In this document: positions 25,651 to 37,955 of the stretch, in pieces | Position numbering within the stretch: position 1 is the first letter of the stretch | Layout: every line of letters begins with the position of its first letter | NCBI GenBank assembly: GCA_047495785.1 | Contig: JBLDXI010000110.1 | Coordinates: forward strand, 9,451 to 73,450 | Direction of reading: 5' to 3' | Length of the DNA: 64,000 bases | Source of the DNA: Lepidodermella squamata | Taxonomy: Eukaryota > Animalia > Gastrotricha | The notes under the pieces: generated by a model | What the model was told of the DNA's origin: nothing | The model's database searches: none | What the model saw: only the letters and a program-made list of their open reading frames with translations | Made by a program: the position numbers and the translations under genes

Positions 25651-26306
25651 ATAGCTAACCGAGGAAGTCGCCCATGAAAACGGCGCGCGCACGATGGCTA
25701 GGAGACATTAATCGGTACTCGGTACAAAAATCAGGTTGTGCCACGAAGCGAGACGTGGAGTTTTCAACAGCTTTTGCAATTTTTTGGTTCTAACTTCACT
25801 ACCCAATAATTATTTCTGAGCCTTAATTTAGGACAAAACCCGGATGGGATTCAACCAATAACTCCTTCTTAAATTTGTACTTGAAGACGAGCAAAATATG
25901 CCCGTGCTCTCATTCAAACAAAAATTCGTGCGCAAAAATTCAAAACGTTAGAAGGATTTCAATTCGAATAGGTGAAAATGTTACCAATTAAATTAAGTGA
26001 ATTAAAATTTCGGGTACAAATTTGTATAATTAAAAAATTAAGTGACCGCGTCGAATTGCAATTTGCATCTCTTTTTTTTTATAAATTTTTATAAATTTGT
26101 TTTAAGAGACGCGAGAACAAGAAATACGGCGCCCAAATTAAGTGACCGCGTCGACTTGCAATTTGGCGAATTTTATCTTGGGCCATAAAATCGCGAGGTA
26201 AAAAATTTCAAATAAAATTTTCCAGGAAAAATGAAGATAATTTTGAAAAATCGAAATGGAAATTTTCGCATAACAGTTCACGGCGAATCAGGGATAAAAC
26301 ACGTAC

Positions 26307-26974
26307 CTTGCGTTCAGCATCATGAAATGGGACGCGACACGATCGACAAGCGACAGTTTTGCGTAGACTCTGCCACTCGACTGCCAAGGGCGGTCCACTT
26401 GTCGGCGTCGGCATGGTTGTCGGCATTGAAACAGTAGGCGACGGCAGGGGCAAACTGGCGGCTGACTCCAAGTCGAGAGACGGCGTTTTCGAGCCAGCCC
26501 CGTTAAGGCGTTGCTCATTCGACCTCGTTTCCGCCATCAGCGGGTGCTGTTGCGAAGAATCGACCACTGCTTCGATCGAGGGCGACTGCGGTTCGTCCGA
26601 CTCACGATCGCCGTCGTAATACTCACCGCCAGGCGAGTCGTCGTCGTCATACACCGTATTCTGCCGCTCGGTGATACTTTCCAGTTTCGACAAGGCCAGC
26701 GACGCACTCGCAGTCATCGAGTTGGACAGGCCGAAAGATGACGGGAAGAGCTGGGATAATTGAAGGGCCGATTGGGTGGATTGGGGCCAACTTGCGCCGA
26801 ATCACGTATTTCGCAGGCGGCGAGTCGCCATCGCCTCGTTGTCCCGGTTGTACATCGGGTACAACGTAGTCGCTGACGTGTTGCTGCACGAAGCCCCAGA
26901 ACGCTCGCCCAACCGCAGGTCGAACCAGTCCTTCTCGCAGTTGCCAAAAAATTTGCCAAATCGACAGGAATGGG
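26307..26974 (-). pseudogene. Myotubularin-related (MTMR6/7/8-like) exon: end of phosphatase domain through start of FYVE
   Basis: After a TTTTAG acceptor: HSCRFGKFFGNCEKDWFDLRLGER/FWGFVQQHVSDY..PMYN. Ends VEWQSLRKTVACRSCRVPFHDAERK at a GTACGT donor. Frameshifted. Confidence 0.75.
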
Positions 26975-27102
26975 CTAAAATAAAAATACAATTAAATGAG
27001 ATGATATTAATTTGTCTGATGAATTAATATATATTCCTATAAATATATTATTCCTAGACTATTATTTTTCGTTTTGGTTATTTTTCGTATTAAATTTTCG
27101 TT

Positions 27103-27259
27103 ATGGAAAACTACTTGCACGACGGCGAAGGCGACGACCAGCCGTTGGTCCTTTAAATGGAAAACTACTTGCACGACGGCGAAGGCGACGACCAGCCGTT
27201 GGTCCTTTAAATGGAAAATTACTTGCACGACGGCGAAGGCGACGACCAGCCGTTGGTCC
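27103..27259 (+). repeat. 54-bp tandem repeat, about 3 copies, each starting with ATG
   Basis: ATGGAAAACTACTTGCACGACGGCGAAGGCGACGACCAGCCGTTGGTCCTTTAA at 27103, 27157 and 27211. Confidence 0.95.
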
Positions 27260-27645
27260 GTAAGTTTTCTAGTATTCATCATTCAATTGATTGCTACTGT
27301 ACATATTCTACTAGGTCGACCATCGACTAACGAGGAGAGGCGAGATGTCGAGCCGATCATCGCTCGATGTGTCGCCGAGCGCCAGGGCCGAGGGAGGCCG
27401 ACCTTCGCCTCCTGCCTGTGCGATTTCTTTACCAGCGCGGCAGAACCCGCCGGGCAGTTCTGAGTTACTGCGGCGAGGCATATCTCAATCGGAGGGATGT
27501 GGCGGTAGCCAGGGCCCGTCAGCGGGTGCTGGACCAGGAAGTTGCCAGGTTGGGGGAGATGCACGCCGAACTCGGCCGCGTGGCTGTTGAGGCGGCACGT
27601 GCTGCGGAGGACGCTTGGGCCCAGTTCCAGGCTAATCCCAGTTAA
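27211..27645 (+). pseudogene. Two-exon small coiled-coil gene (MENYLHDG...FQANPS), with an internal deletion
   Basis: Intron 27260-27314 (GTAAGT..CTAG) joins in frame; frameshift at about 27385 relative to the 24385 copy; further partial copies at 27783-28130. Confidence 0.6.
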
Positions 27646-30600
27646 AACCGTTTCAATCTGTTACGCCGCTTGGAAGTACAAGCTCGACTCCGAGCATTAC
27701 AGCCTAGGCGGTAACTTGTTCGCAAAAACTCAACAAAACTTGTTCTCAACAAAAGTGGCCATAGTGAGCGAGGAGTATGAGAGGCCTCCTGCCTGTGCGA
27801 TTTCTGGACCGGCGCGGCAGAACCCGGCGGGCAGTTCTGAGCTACTGCCGCGGAGCATACCTAAATCGTAGAGATGTGGCGGTAGCGAGGGCCCGTCAGC
27901 GGGAGCTGGACCAGGAAGTTGCCAGGTTGGGGGAGGTGCACACCGAACTCGGCCGCGTGGCGAGACAGCCGGCAATAGCTGACGGAGGGATGTTGAAATA
28001 GTAATGGCCCGCCAACGGGTGCTTGACGAAGAAGTGGCATTATTGAGGGAGACGCACGAGAGGCTCGGCCGCGCGGCTGCACAGGCGGCAAATGAAGCAG
28101 CGGACATCTGGGTTCAGTACCAGGCTAAGTGAACCTGTTCCGTCGCTAGAAGAACAAACTCGACGCTTGGAGGTGCCCGGGCTGAGGCGGCGGATGAAGA
28201 TTTTGATCGGTCGAGGTTCGCCTTGGAGCGTCGAGGAGGACTCAGCCACTGAGTCAATCATTTCTCGATGAATCGCAGCAGGTGTTGGAAGCTGAACTCG
28301 CTGAAGTGAAGGCGGAATCGAAACCTTGCTCGGTTGTCTTGTCTTCATATCAGGCGTTTCTCCGGGTAAGAAGCCGATGGGCTTGTCGTATCACCATAGT
28401 TTAAAGCTGAAGACTTCGTCGCGGCCGCAGTATAGCTCAAGCTTGGAGCAAGCCGTCGACAATCGAAATGAAAACGAAGATCTCCGCCACATTCGTCAAG
28501 AATATGACCAGTGACGATAATTTTGCGCACAACTTATTTTTGAAATTATTCAATTCGAAAATTCAGAAAATTAGAAAAATATTCTACTAATTACGAATGA
28601 TTTTGCTATTCCGTCAAGTTATTCGAAAAATGGTAATCCAGATTCTGAGATTAGTGCTTTAAAAATCAAATTTTGATCTGCAACAATCAAATAATGAAAT
28701 TTAGCGAAAATCGGAAAATATTGAACGAAAAATTTTGATTCGCACGATACCAATCATCGTTCATCGTTCATAAGCGAAAATAAACCAACCTTAATATCAT
28801 TTCCCACAGCTTCATTATTGACCTCGTTCATCGTCGAGTTCGCCACGGTATTCGATTCCGTGTCCATTCGGGCAGCAGATATGAAGTTTGAAGTAGTGAT
28901 TCGAGTCCGCCGGCGGCGATATAGCTTTACAGCCGATCCATGTTGAGCATCGAAAAAGCTGCACGAAACCGTGACCACGATAAACGAGATAGTCATAGCC
29001 ACAAATCGTCATCAGCGGATGTAATAGAGGCGTTTCGGTACCAAGGAAGAGCCATCAGCTTGGGGAAATCGCACTCGGATGTCGCCTCGACCGAGTGGGC
29101 TTGCTCCTCACAGAAGGTGGTGGGTTAATTAACACATCTCCGCAAATCGACCATTGGCTGTCTTGGTGTACGATTTTGAACGCTGGCGAGTGTACTTGAC
29201 TTCCAAATAGGGTATCGTTGTAAGTTTAGAAGCTCCGACAACGGCCCTCGTCAACGAAACAGAGGAACCATCCAGGTCAGCGCTAGAGCCCTGTAAGGAA
29301 ACAAAATTCCAATGGTTATAAGGCAAAATAACAACCGAGGCTTTATGCAAATAAGAATCGGGCTTTTGGTTCGAAAACGATTTCATAAAATAGCAACAGC
29401 AATGAAGCATTCGTTAAAATGATGTTTCTCTAAATTTAAGGGAAAAGGCGGAATTATTAATTTTTCGAAAGCCCAGAATTAAAAATGCTACTTACGAAGT
29501 ATCAACTGAGCCTGCCGATAAGTGCTTAGATGTGGCTGGCATTGCGAATTTCGACAGATCAGATCGCATTGGGTTTGAGCTGGTGAGCATGGCAAAGTCT
29601 GGATGGACCGAATTCAATTCGAGCGCTGAGAGAAATTTAAAAATCTATAAAAGAAAAGGTTATTTGTATAATAATCAATTTCATGCAACAGCAAATTTAT
29701 CAACGATAAATAATTAAAAAATTCCAGGCGGATGCGATAGGTCGGGCGGCGAGTCTTATTGATAAGAATTCCTTGATGGCCTGGTCGATGGATGATTTCA
29801 AACAGACGAGACAAGAGATACTATATGATGGATGAACTGCTGAAACATTATCAAGGAGAGAAATAACTAATAACTGAGATCAATGATCACATTTCGCAGC
29901 ACTGCAAAATAATGCGATAATTGCAACTGTTTATCGAATTGACCTCGTGGCGCTTTGATCACACCACTGCGTAGCGTGCTAAGCATGCCGGCGTGTTTAT
30001 CAAACGCACTGCGTCGTCGTTGTGCCACGTGCCGACAGAAAAAAACTCACACCGCACTAGGTCAAACTCATTAACCTCATTTTTACATCTAATAAATTCT
30101 GAAGGGCGCTGCGAACGATTTCTTGCAATAAAAAGCCAGAAGAAGAAGTTTATCATGGCTCCTGGCTATAGAATGAAATGAGAATAAAATAAATCGAATA
30201 AATCAGAGAATAAATGAACCGGGAGAATAATGACAACAATTTTCACTGAGTGATGGAAGCTGTTTTTAAGAAAAAAAGAATCGCCAGCCAACAGCGAACA
30301 AAAACTTCGTAAAATTGAGCGACGAGATGCGTTAAATTATGTAGACGGATGAGCTGAGAAAAAGTCAATATTTTCAACGATTGCGGGATTTTTGAAACCT
30401 CCCGATACCGCAGGCCTAGTCAATAATAGCGACTTCCGCCAAAATAGCAAATTTTCTATTTTTCCAACTTACAGTATCCGCTCACATTCACAACAATAAA
30501 ATCAAGAAAATTTGCGAGATAACATTGAATAATTCGTTTTTCGTATAAAAAAAATATTCGATAAGTGACCGGAAACCGAAATTAAACTTGCGAGTTTCTC

Positions 30601-31599
30601 ATTGCGAATGACCTTGAACCCTTCGAATAGGTTCGACTAGTGAAAATTTTGCAGGAGCCTCAAACAAAATTTTTCAAGAAATTTTCAACACAGGCATCAC
30701 CACTTTTAACTTGATTCCAGTTTAACAAGGCGACGGCTCGTTTCGCAATCAGCTATAATCATCGGTAAAAATCGCCGTCACAAAGATATCAGAAGAGGGA
30801 GAGAGAGAGAAAGGGCATTAAAATTGGCGATACAACGCTTGACGAAAAAATTGGTTGAAAATGAGTCATTTTTTTACGAAAATGTTCGCCGTATTTTTCA
30901 GCTTCGGATGGCGCCAAGGCAAATGGCCGTTACACACCCGCCTTTTCGAATGGTTCAAACCCGTATCTAGCTACAATAAAAATGCTTCGAAGAAGTACAG
31001 CCGGTTAAAAGTGTTGGCAAAAAATGAATGGGTGGTTTTACTCAAGAAAAGAGCGCTAAAACACGAATTAGAAAAAATCCAACAAAAAGCGCTTTCAATC
31101 AATTTTTCAATCGCGAGTATCATCGCTAATTCCCTAGTTCTTCATGGTAGTCGGTAAAATTCAAGTTGCGCATCATCACCCAAACTAACTACATATACGA
31201 ACTAAATAAACTAAAACGCGGCCGATCATAGAGATAACCATTTTTCCGAACATGAACGCTAACAAACAATTGTTACGCCCAACAAACGAAATTTCAACAT
31301 ATTTTCCGTGATTCAAGCAAAACCCATGATTCAAATAATACCAGGAATAATCTCAATAGTTCAAAGTTCAAATCAATATTGCATATTCACTTATAATTCA
31401 AACACAGTAGCAGATGTTTTATCGCGCAGATTTTATATACAAAACGTGTTTTTAACATGAGAACGCGGGGAAAGGTACTTGTAAGAAAATTAGTGAAGGC
31501 ACAGATATAATACAAAAGCGGAGGTTTCATGCATCGTCAAACACGGGAACATATAAACATTTGACGCAAGCAGATGAGCCGAGCTGGGAACGCGCTCAG

Positions 31600-32950
31600 T
31601 AACTGAAGTCTTGGATGCAAAACGGTTTCCGGATTTGAGGGGAACGAATTTTAGGCCGGCTTCTACGACTCGCCATATACGCCAGGATTTCCGACGATGC
31701 TTGTCTGGAAGGATTGACACCATTCTAGACTGTATCCGGCTCGAAAATAGGCGTATCGCTTCGAGAGTTGTGTCGAATACAGATTTTTTCAACTTGACAC
31801 CAGAAAAAATTCGCTTCGGGCTCGGGACAATAATTTTTGATTCTCGATTTTCATCTCAATTACAGCAACGAAGAGCTCGCCATGCCTTATTTCAGCGTTT
31901 CCAGGTTCCGTCGGGGTTCTCCTGGAAGAGCACGAGCGCAAATGAAAGTTGGCGTCACGACACCGAGGACCGTTCGTAGTCACCAACTTCAATGAGGCCA
32001 ACAACGACTACCAGTTGGTAGCGGTCGAGGATTCCGCTACGACACTTCCGTGGATGAACCGGCGTAAGCTGGTCTCGTTTCCGGCGTCGAACTCGTCCCA
32101 GGCCTCCACGGCCCCGTCGGAAGTGGCACTCGACGCTCAAGAAAACATTTCTCTCTTTTTCAGCGATCAATCGACGGGCATCCTGCTCGAGCAGCCACGG
32201 CTATCGTCTATTTTCAACTGGTGCACCGTTGTGCCTCATTCTACAATATTTTCATGCGGTTTGGGCTTGAATCCAGTTGTTGAACTTTGATCTAGGAGTG
32301 AGTTCCTAGTCTGAGGCACCCAGGAAAGTTTTCAAGGCTTAGATTTGACCAAGAAAGCGTCTCATCCCAACTTCAAGGACCAAGCCGGCGTGTTTTACAT
32401 GTCGGTGGATGACCGGCTCTTCCCTCGGCTTTGTCTCATTCTTCCGGCGGTCCACGTGCCGCAGGTGATCCACCTCGTTCATGCCGCGCCTGGTCTGGTC
32501 AACTCGGCCGGTTCAAGGCGCTGGAGAGGATACGAGACTATTGCTGGTTCCCGGGCTGCTACAGCGCGGTGCGGCGGTATTGCCGAGATTGTGATATCTG
32601 CAAGGTCCGCAAGACGGCGAATCAGTCGACGACCGTGCCCTTGGTACCGATCAGACACGCAGATGAACCTGTTCGCGCTGGTTTGCATGGATCTGGCGGA
32701 GCCGATCGACTACTAGCCGAGCTGCTAACCCTGTATGACGCCTTTCGAAGCTGCGACAGCCTCGGCATAGGGATGCTCCGAACCAGTCGGTATAGCCGCG
32801 CCTCGCTGATATCATCGCCACCGCCATCGGCAAGGCCAACCCGCGCTCGTGGCTTATTCAGGTGTTGTGTGCCCTCTGAGCTGACAAGACGGCAGTTCAT
32901 GAGACGGCCGGCGTCTCGCCGCACGAGCTGATGTACGGCTGACCGGCCCG
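31600..32950 (+). mobile_element. Decayed Gypsy integrase fragments
   Basis: ASRHRGPFVV; VHAAP/GQLGRFKALERIRDYCWFPGCYSAVRRYCRDCDICK..PLVPI..FALVCMDL. Confidence 0.75.
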
Positions 32951-32954
32951 CACG

Positions 32955-34824
32955 GCTATCAAGCTGCTCGCCGGCCCGCAAACAGGACCAATCGACGCGC
33001 CCACTGGAATGGCAGCATGCCTCGTCGAACCTTGACCGCGCCAAAGCGGACGAAGCCCAGGTCTAAAGGCGTGACGCGGCCGGTCGGCGAGGACAAGCGA
33101 GGCGAAGAGTCGGGCTCGAAAGGCGCCCAGGTAGCACTCAGCATTGACAAGCACGCCGGGGTAGCCGTCGAAGTCGGCGCGCTGGTGCTGATTCGAGCGA
33201 CAGTCATGTGTCCGTTGGAGAGTACTCCGGTATCGAGGCCGGACAGGTTTTCGACGCAGACGGAGGACAAGCGAGGACCGGCGGGCGGCGTAAGGGTGAT
33301 GGGCAACTCACAGGTTTAGCCCACATACATGAGGCGACGTGGTCAATGATCGCCTGGTGCCGGAGAAGCCAGTCCAGACCCAAGATAAGGTGGTGGCTAG
33401 AATTGGACAGTACGAAGACGCGGCGAAACTGGAATTCGGCCCGAGGAAACGGCGAGTGGCAGCGAGGCAGTGCCGAGGATCGACAAGACGCCCATCGGCA
33501 GTGCGCTTAACGACTTTGTGTACCAGCGGCTGTATGGATAGACCGAGAAAGGTGCAGAGTTCCGGCGTAACGATGGGCCGTAACGAGGGCGGTCGTTCCT
33601 GGAACGCATGCATGTTGTAGCCCTCGGCCATGCCAGGTTGATGGGCGAAATTGGGCGGCTGCTGTAACGCCTGTATCGCCGGATGCTGGGCGTGCGCGGC
33701 TTGGCTTTGCCCGTATTTTGGAGGCGGCGGTTGTGAGGAACCCGGCTGGTAGGGCTGAAACGATCCGGCAAACTGTTGTTGAGCGTGTGGCGGCCGTCTT
33801 TGTTGCGACTGGCGCTGCTTAGGCTGGTTTGCGCCCCTGTGCCGAAGCGGCCTCATTACATTCTCGCTGGGCGCCACTTCTACCGGCGCGATGTTGATGG
33901 TCGGCTTCGACTATGTCTTCGTATCGTCGGCGCGTTTGAGACGCAACTCGGCTCGTTCAACGGCTGCGGCCCAGTTGACCAGTACCGGTAGCTGCGGCGG
34001 GTAACCAAAGTCCGCCTTAAACTCCTCGAACCGTTGAAGAGTTCGGTTCCGGGATTCGCCGGTGCGAAGCCCATCGATGAAAAGCTGGGCGGCCAACTCG
34101 TCGACGGCTTCCTCAGGGAGTTTCGGGTGAGTTTGCTTCATGTGGCGCCCGCACGTGTCGTCGAAGATAACAACCGATTTTTCGGTGCCCCGTTTCGGCC
34201 GTTCCCCGAGGGCTGTAGACGGGAAAAATCGCGCCGTTGAAGCTCCTTGAAAAACTGGTCGATGGTTAAAGGCACCCGAGATGCGGCGAGAACGCTACTA
34301 CATGCAGCCGTGCACTTCTCATTCAGCAGCCCATGAATCTGTTTGATTACCACCGGGGTCGATTCCGGGTCAAGATCCTTCAGGGTCTCCCGGCATCGAG
34401 GTGCGAAAGTGAGTAACGGCTCGTTCACCCCCTGCTTCTCGAGCAGGTCCTTCAGCTTGATCGGCGCCGCTAAGGCCGACGAAATGCTCGACGGGGCGAA
34501 GTGGACCCGAGACGACGGGATGGTTGCGTTCGAAGCTGAGTCGTAGGCTGAGTCATGTCGGGTTGAAAATCCGGATTTCAGCGAACTGGATCGTGGCCGT
34601 TGAGGCGAAAGGTCGCGATATTGCCGATCCAACGTGTCAATGGCGAGCACCCGCCCCAGAAGCTCGCGGTCTAGGGCCTCGTCTTTCGTTCCTGAAGATC
34701 TAAGAGGCGATGGTAGCGCAGCACCTGGCCCTCGGAGGCCACCACGACCCCCGCGAGCGCTGCCTCGGGATCCTCTGCGACCACGGCGACGGAACGCCCT
34801 TGCCGCTGCGAGTTGTTCTGCCAA
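32955..34824 (-). mobile_element. gag: Decayed LTR-retrotransposon gag and start of pol
   Basis: Frameshifted ORFs 34138-34824, 33911-34141 (QLFIDGLR) and 33308-33877, directly downstream of a PBS and LTR end. Confidence 0.65.
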
Positions 34825-34831
34825 TTGAAAT

Positions 34832-34849
34832 TTCCCGGCCGATGCACCA
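34832..34849 (-). promoter_or_regulatory. Primer-binding site complementary to tRNA-Gly(GCC)
   Basis: TGGTGCATCGGCCGGGAA lies 1 nt after an LTR end ..CCCGTTACA and matches the recalled invertebrate tRNA-Gly 3' end. Confidence 0.8.
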
Positions 34850-34850
34850 G

Positions 34851-35335
34851 TGTAACGGGGATGATTGGGTCAACAATGAAGAGACTCACGTCCCGTATTC
34901 GTCCTTTTATTATGCAAAGGTAAGGCTCTGTACAAAGCAAAGGTTTAGAGAACAGTTCAAAGGAAATAAACAGATCGGCTTACCATGTACTCGCCCTGCT
35001 GACGCCGTCAGACTTGAAGGAATTGGCGGCGAGAAGGGAAACGATCAACCGGCGATATCATGCTCCGCTCGGTTCGTGAATAGCAAATACTGCCTAGAAA
35101 GAGAGGCGGTGACTTTCTCGCCGTCGACATTGAGTATTGAAAGAAAGCCCAAGGTATGAGCTCGACCCAGGGTAAGTAAATGATACGAACACAGTGTCCG
35201 ACGTGGAGCCGACGTCGACAAGGCGGTCGTGAGCAATGAGACACCCGACAAGAGCGGCTCAACGGCTAGCCCAAAGCTCAAGTGAGATAACCGAAAAATT
35301 TGCCCCGGTGTCGATAAAACCATGATGATTGACAG
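34851..35335 (-). repeat. 5' LTR of the tRNA-Gly-primed element (outer boundary uncertain)
   Basis: Ends in TACA next to the PBS; AATAAA about 55 nt upstream on the minus strand. Confidence 0.5.
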
Positions 35336-36245
35336 GGCGAAACTGGATAAGCGTCGACGTGACCCTTTTGCCCTATTAGCTTGGCCAATTCCACTGCGGC
35401 AAGAGACAGAGCAGGTCTCGGTCGAGGCCGTTATTGCGGGCAGGGTCCGCGGAGCCTCTGCGCCACCAAACGCCGATCAGATTTTAAAAAGACATCTCCC
35501 GGCCAAGCAATAACCCATCCAATATCTTCGTGAGCAATAACCCATTCGAGGGTGGTGCCAACGTCAGCGCGAGGAACCGCTTGATGTCGGAAGCAGGATT
35601 GCTTTCGCGAGGCGGCGAGGCCTCTATAGCCCGGTTAATTTTGTATTATACAAAAAGGGTGAACCTGCCAACAATAAGAACAGTGAAAATGTGGCTGAGC
35701 GGAGGCAAGATTTGCATACCGGGTTCGTTAAACTTCGAGGTGGCAGACCGGGTTGAGCGAGTCAGGTCGGTCCTAACGAGAAATCATCACGGTAAAAAAA
35801 GTAAAAAGTCGAGGGTTATAGCTTACCAATTCCTGCAGAGGTAGATTGGCGGATCGAACTCACAGACTCGCGGATGACTGTGTGATCACCAGAAGCAGGC
35901 GCCTTCGCATCAACAGCGCTGCATTGCAACTTGATACCGGCCGAAACTGGAGATCGCTTTGACACCCAAATTCGCCGGGCTCAAACTCGCATCAAATTTT
36001 CTGGAATATTATTTTCTTTTGAGCTGAGACCAAGTTGCCCATCTAAAATAGTCAAATATTGATGAATGAGATCTTATGAACCAAAAAATTTCGCTTAATT
36101 CGGAGTAGCCTGAACAGACAGACATACGGAAAAGAAACGAATCGAGAAGTAGACTGGTGGTTCGATTCTAAATTAAAAAAAATGAAAATTAGTACCATTG
36201 CTCGTTTCAATTAATTACCACTGTCGGCCTGCGGCCTTTGACAGT

Positions 36246-37268
36246 TGACGGGGAACTCCGTGACTTTCTCGAACACGTGGGCACGTGTGACCTTGAACAT
36301 GCCTAACCTAAGACCTAAGTATAACTTTCTTGGACATCCGTGACTTGCTGCCCAGCTTTGCGCATAACCACGTATCGTGTCACCCATGCGCGACGACGGC
36401 GACGACGGGATGGAGATGATCATTCATTTGAGAGTCATTCCGTAAGCGCCACCTACACTTATTGGCATCAGGGTCCATATCACGCAGGCCGAGCTGTTAT
36501 TCGAGATGGGTTGCAAGTTAATGTATCGTTCCTCAGGTGGGCTTCAATTCGAGCTACAAATCACGAATTTGAATATCTACGTGGTAGTAACATTTGCTTG
36601 TTATTCGGTAAAAATAGCGAACATGCATAGCGCACAGCGTGAAAGTTTTTACGAAAACGTGAGCGGGTCTGGGAATATGCTATTGCCGTTAGTCTCAGGT
36701 CAAAAGTTGCCAGTCGTACATGCAAAATAGTACGAATGCACGAAATGTACGGGAACTTTTCATTGGAGGATTGAAAACAGGCGATTTATGACGCCATGTC
36801 ACGAGAGTCAGCATGTCATCGGATGCTGCGCGTTGATGTCGTGCGCACACCGCGGTTATCGACAGCGGCACAGCGCACGCGGCATCGGTTGGCGACTGCA
36901 CAGGGCTGTAGTATTTTACCGTGTAGATTCGTCGTGCTATACGAATAGCACGTTACATGGAGAGCGTGAAGATAGCGTGAAGATTTTCGCACGTCGCCGT
37001 GTGGCAATCTTGAACACACCTTTTACATCCTTCTTCAGTAATAACAATAATCAATAGTCGATGGTTGTGAGACAGTTGGACAGTCTGTTTTTTTTACGTA
37101 CACCACTATCCTCCTTCACGATACACCTAACAACGGAATACAGCCTGCATGGGGTAACTGTGACTACACCGCTATTTTTTATAGGTACCCCACTATCCTC
37201 CTTGACGACCGACAGACCGACAGACCGACAGACGGAACACGGCCTACGACAACGGGAGTTCCCCGTCA
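36246..37268. mobile_element. Non-autonomous element with TGACGGGGAACTCC inverted ends and a GACA/GACC microsatellite (MITE or DINE-1/HINE-like)
   Basis: TGACGGGGAACTCC ... GGAGTTCCCCGTCA; CTCCTT(G/C)ACG repeats; short relative at 44953-45087. Confidence 0.55.
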
Positions 37269-37955
37269 TAGAAATAACTGAGTTTAAAGTTGGAAAAAGC
37301 TATTCGATACATTTTTGAATTTTTCCTCGTTTTTCAATCAGCAATAGTTTTAGAAGAAATTCTGGCTAATGGCGAATGAAAAATTGTAAGTACTTTGCAA
37401 GTACGCGGCCCTAGCAATTCAATACGCCGCTTTCAGCTACGATTCGGCTGCTTCGTCTGAGTTGACCTTTCTCCAACTCCATTAGCCTCTGGACGTTCTG
37501 CTTTTGAAACTCAACTCGAGCAGCTCATAAAACTAAAAATGAGATAAAAATGATACTTATTTTTCTCCTGAACTAGAAATCTTCCATTGCTGAGCACGTG
37601 CTTCTAACGGCACGCAATACTTTGATAGGAGGCTGTATGATATATCTTCATCTTTGAATCCCCATCTTCAAAATTTATTTAAATTAGTCTTAATCAAATT
37701 CTGATCGAGATGAATGGCCAACAATGCCCCCACCATCGCCTGTATTTAACCCTGACGACCATCAATCATGTGAAGATTCAAGCGATAATAAGCCCGCTTG
37801 AGATGGCCGTGATACAACATCGTTAATCGTCGCTTGATTAACGAGAAATCTTTGACTAAGAGGGACTACAGGAGGGTGAAGCTCACAAGCTCCACCGCCG
37901 CTACCACTCAGTATCGGTACCTGTCTATAGTGCACTCTGTAGCGAAGATGGGGAA

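Noticed and set aside
27103-27259. CRISPR-like array
   Set aside because: Head-to-tail repeats with no unique spacers, no cas genes, eukaryotic context.
28750-29290. Membrane-protein exon (LRRCT + TM-like)
   Set aside because: Splice sites are plausible but motifs are scattered across frames; cannot be assigned.
30855-31157. Tc1 transposase remnant
   Set aside because: Only a weak 'WP' resemblance; no SPDLNPIE motif or TIRs.
34832-34849. tRNA-Gly gene
   Set aside because: Only the 3' 18 nt including CCA are present; it is a PBS.
35827-36000. HSHP (JAB/MPN-like) motif on the minus strand
   Set aside because: That frame has adjacent stops; a different frame is the open, exon-like one.
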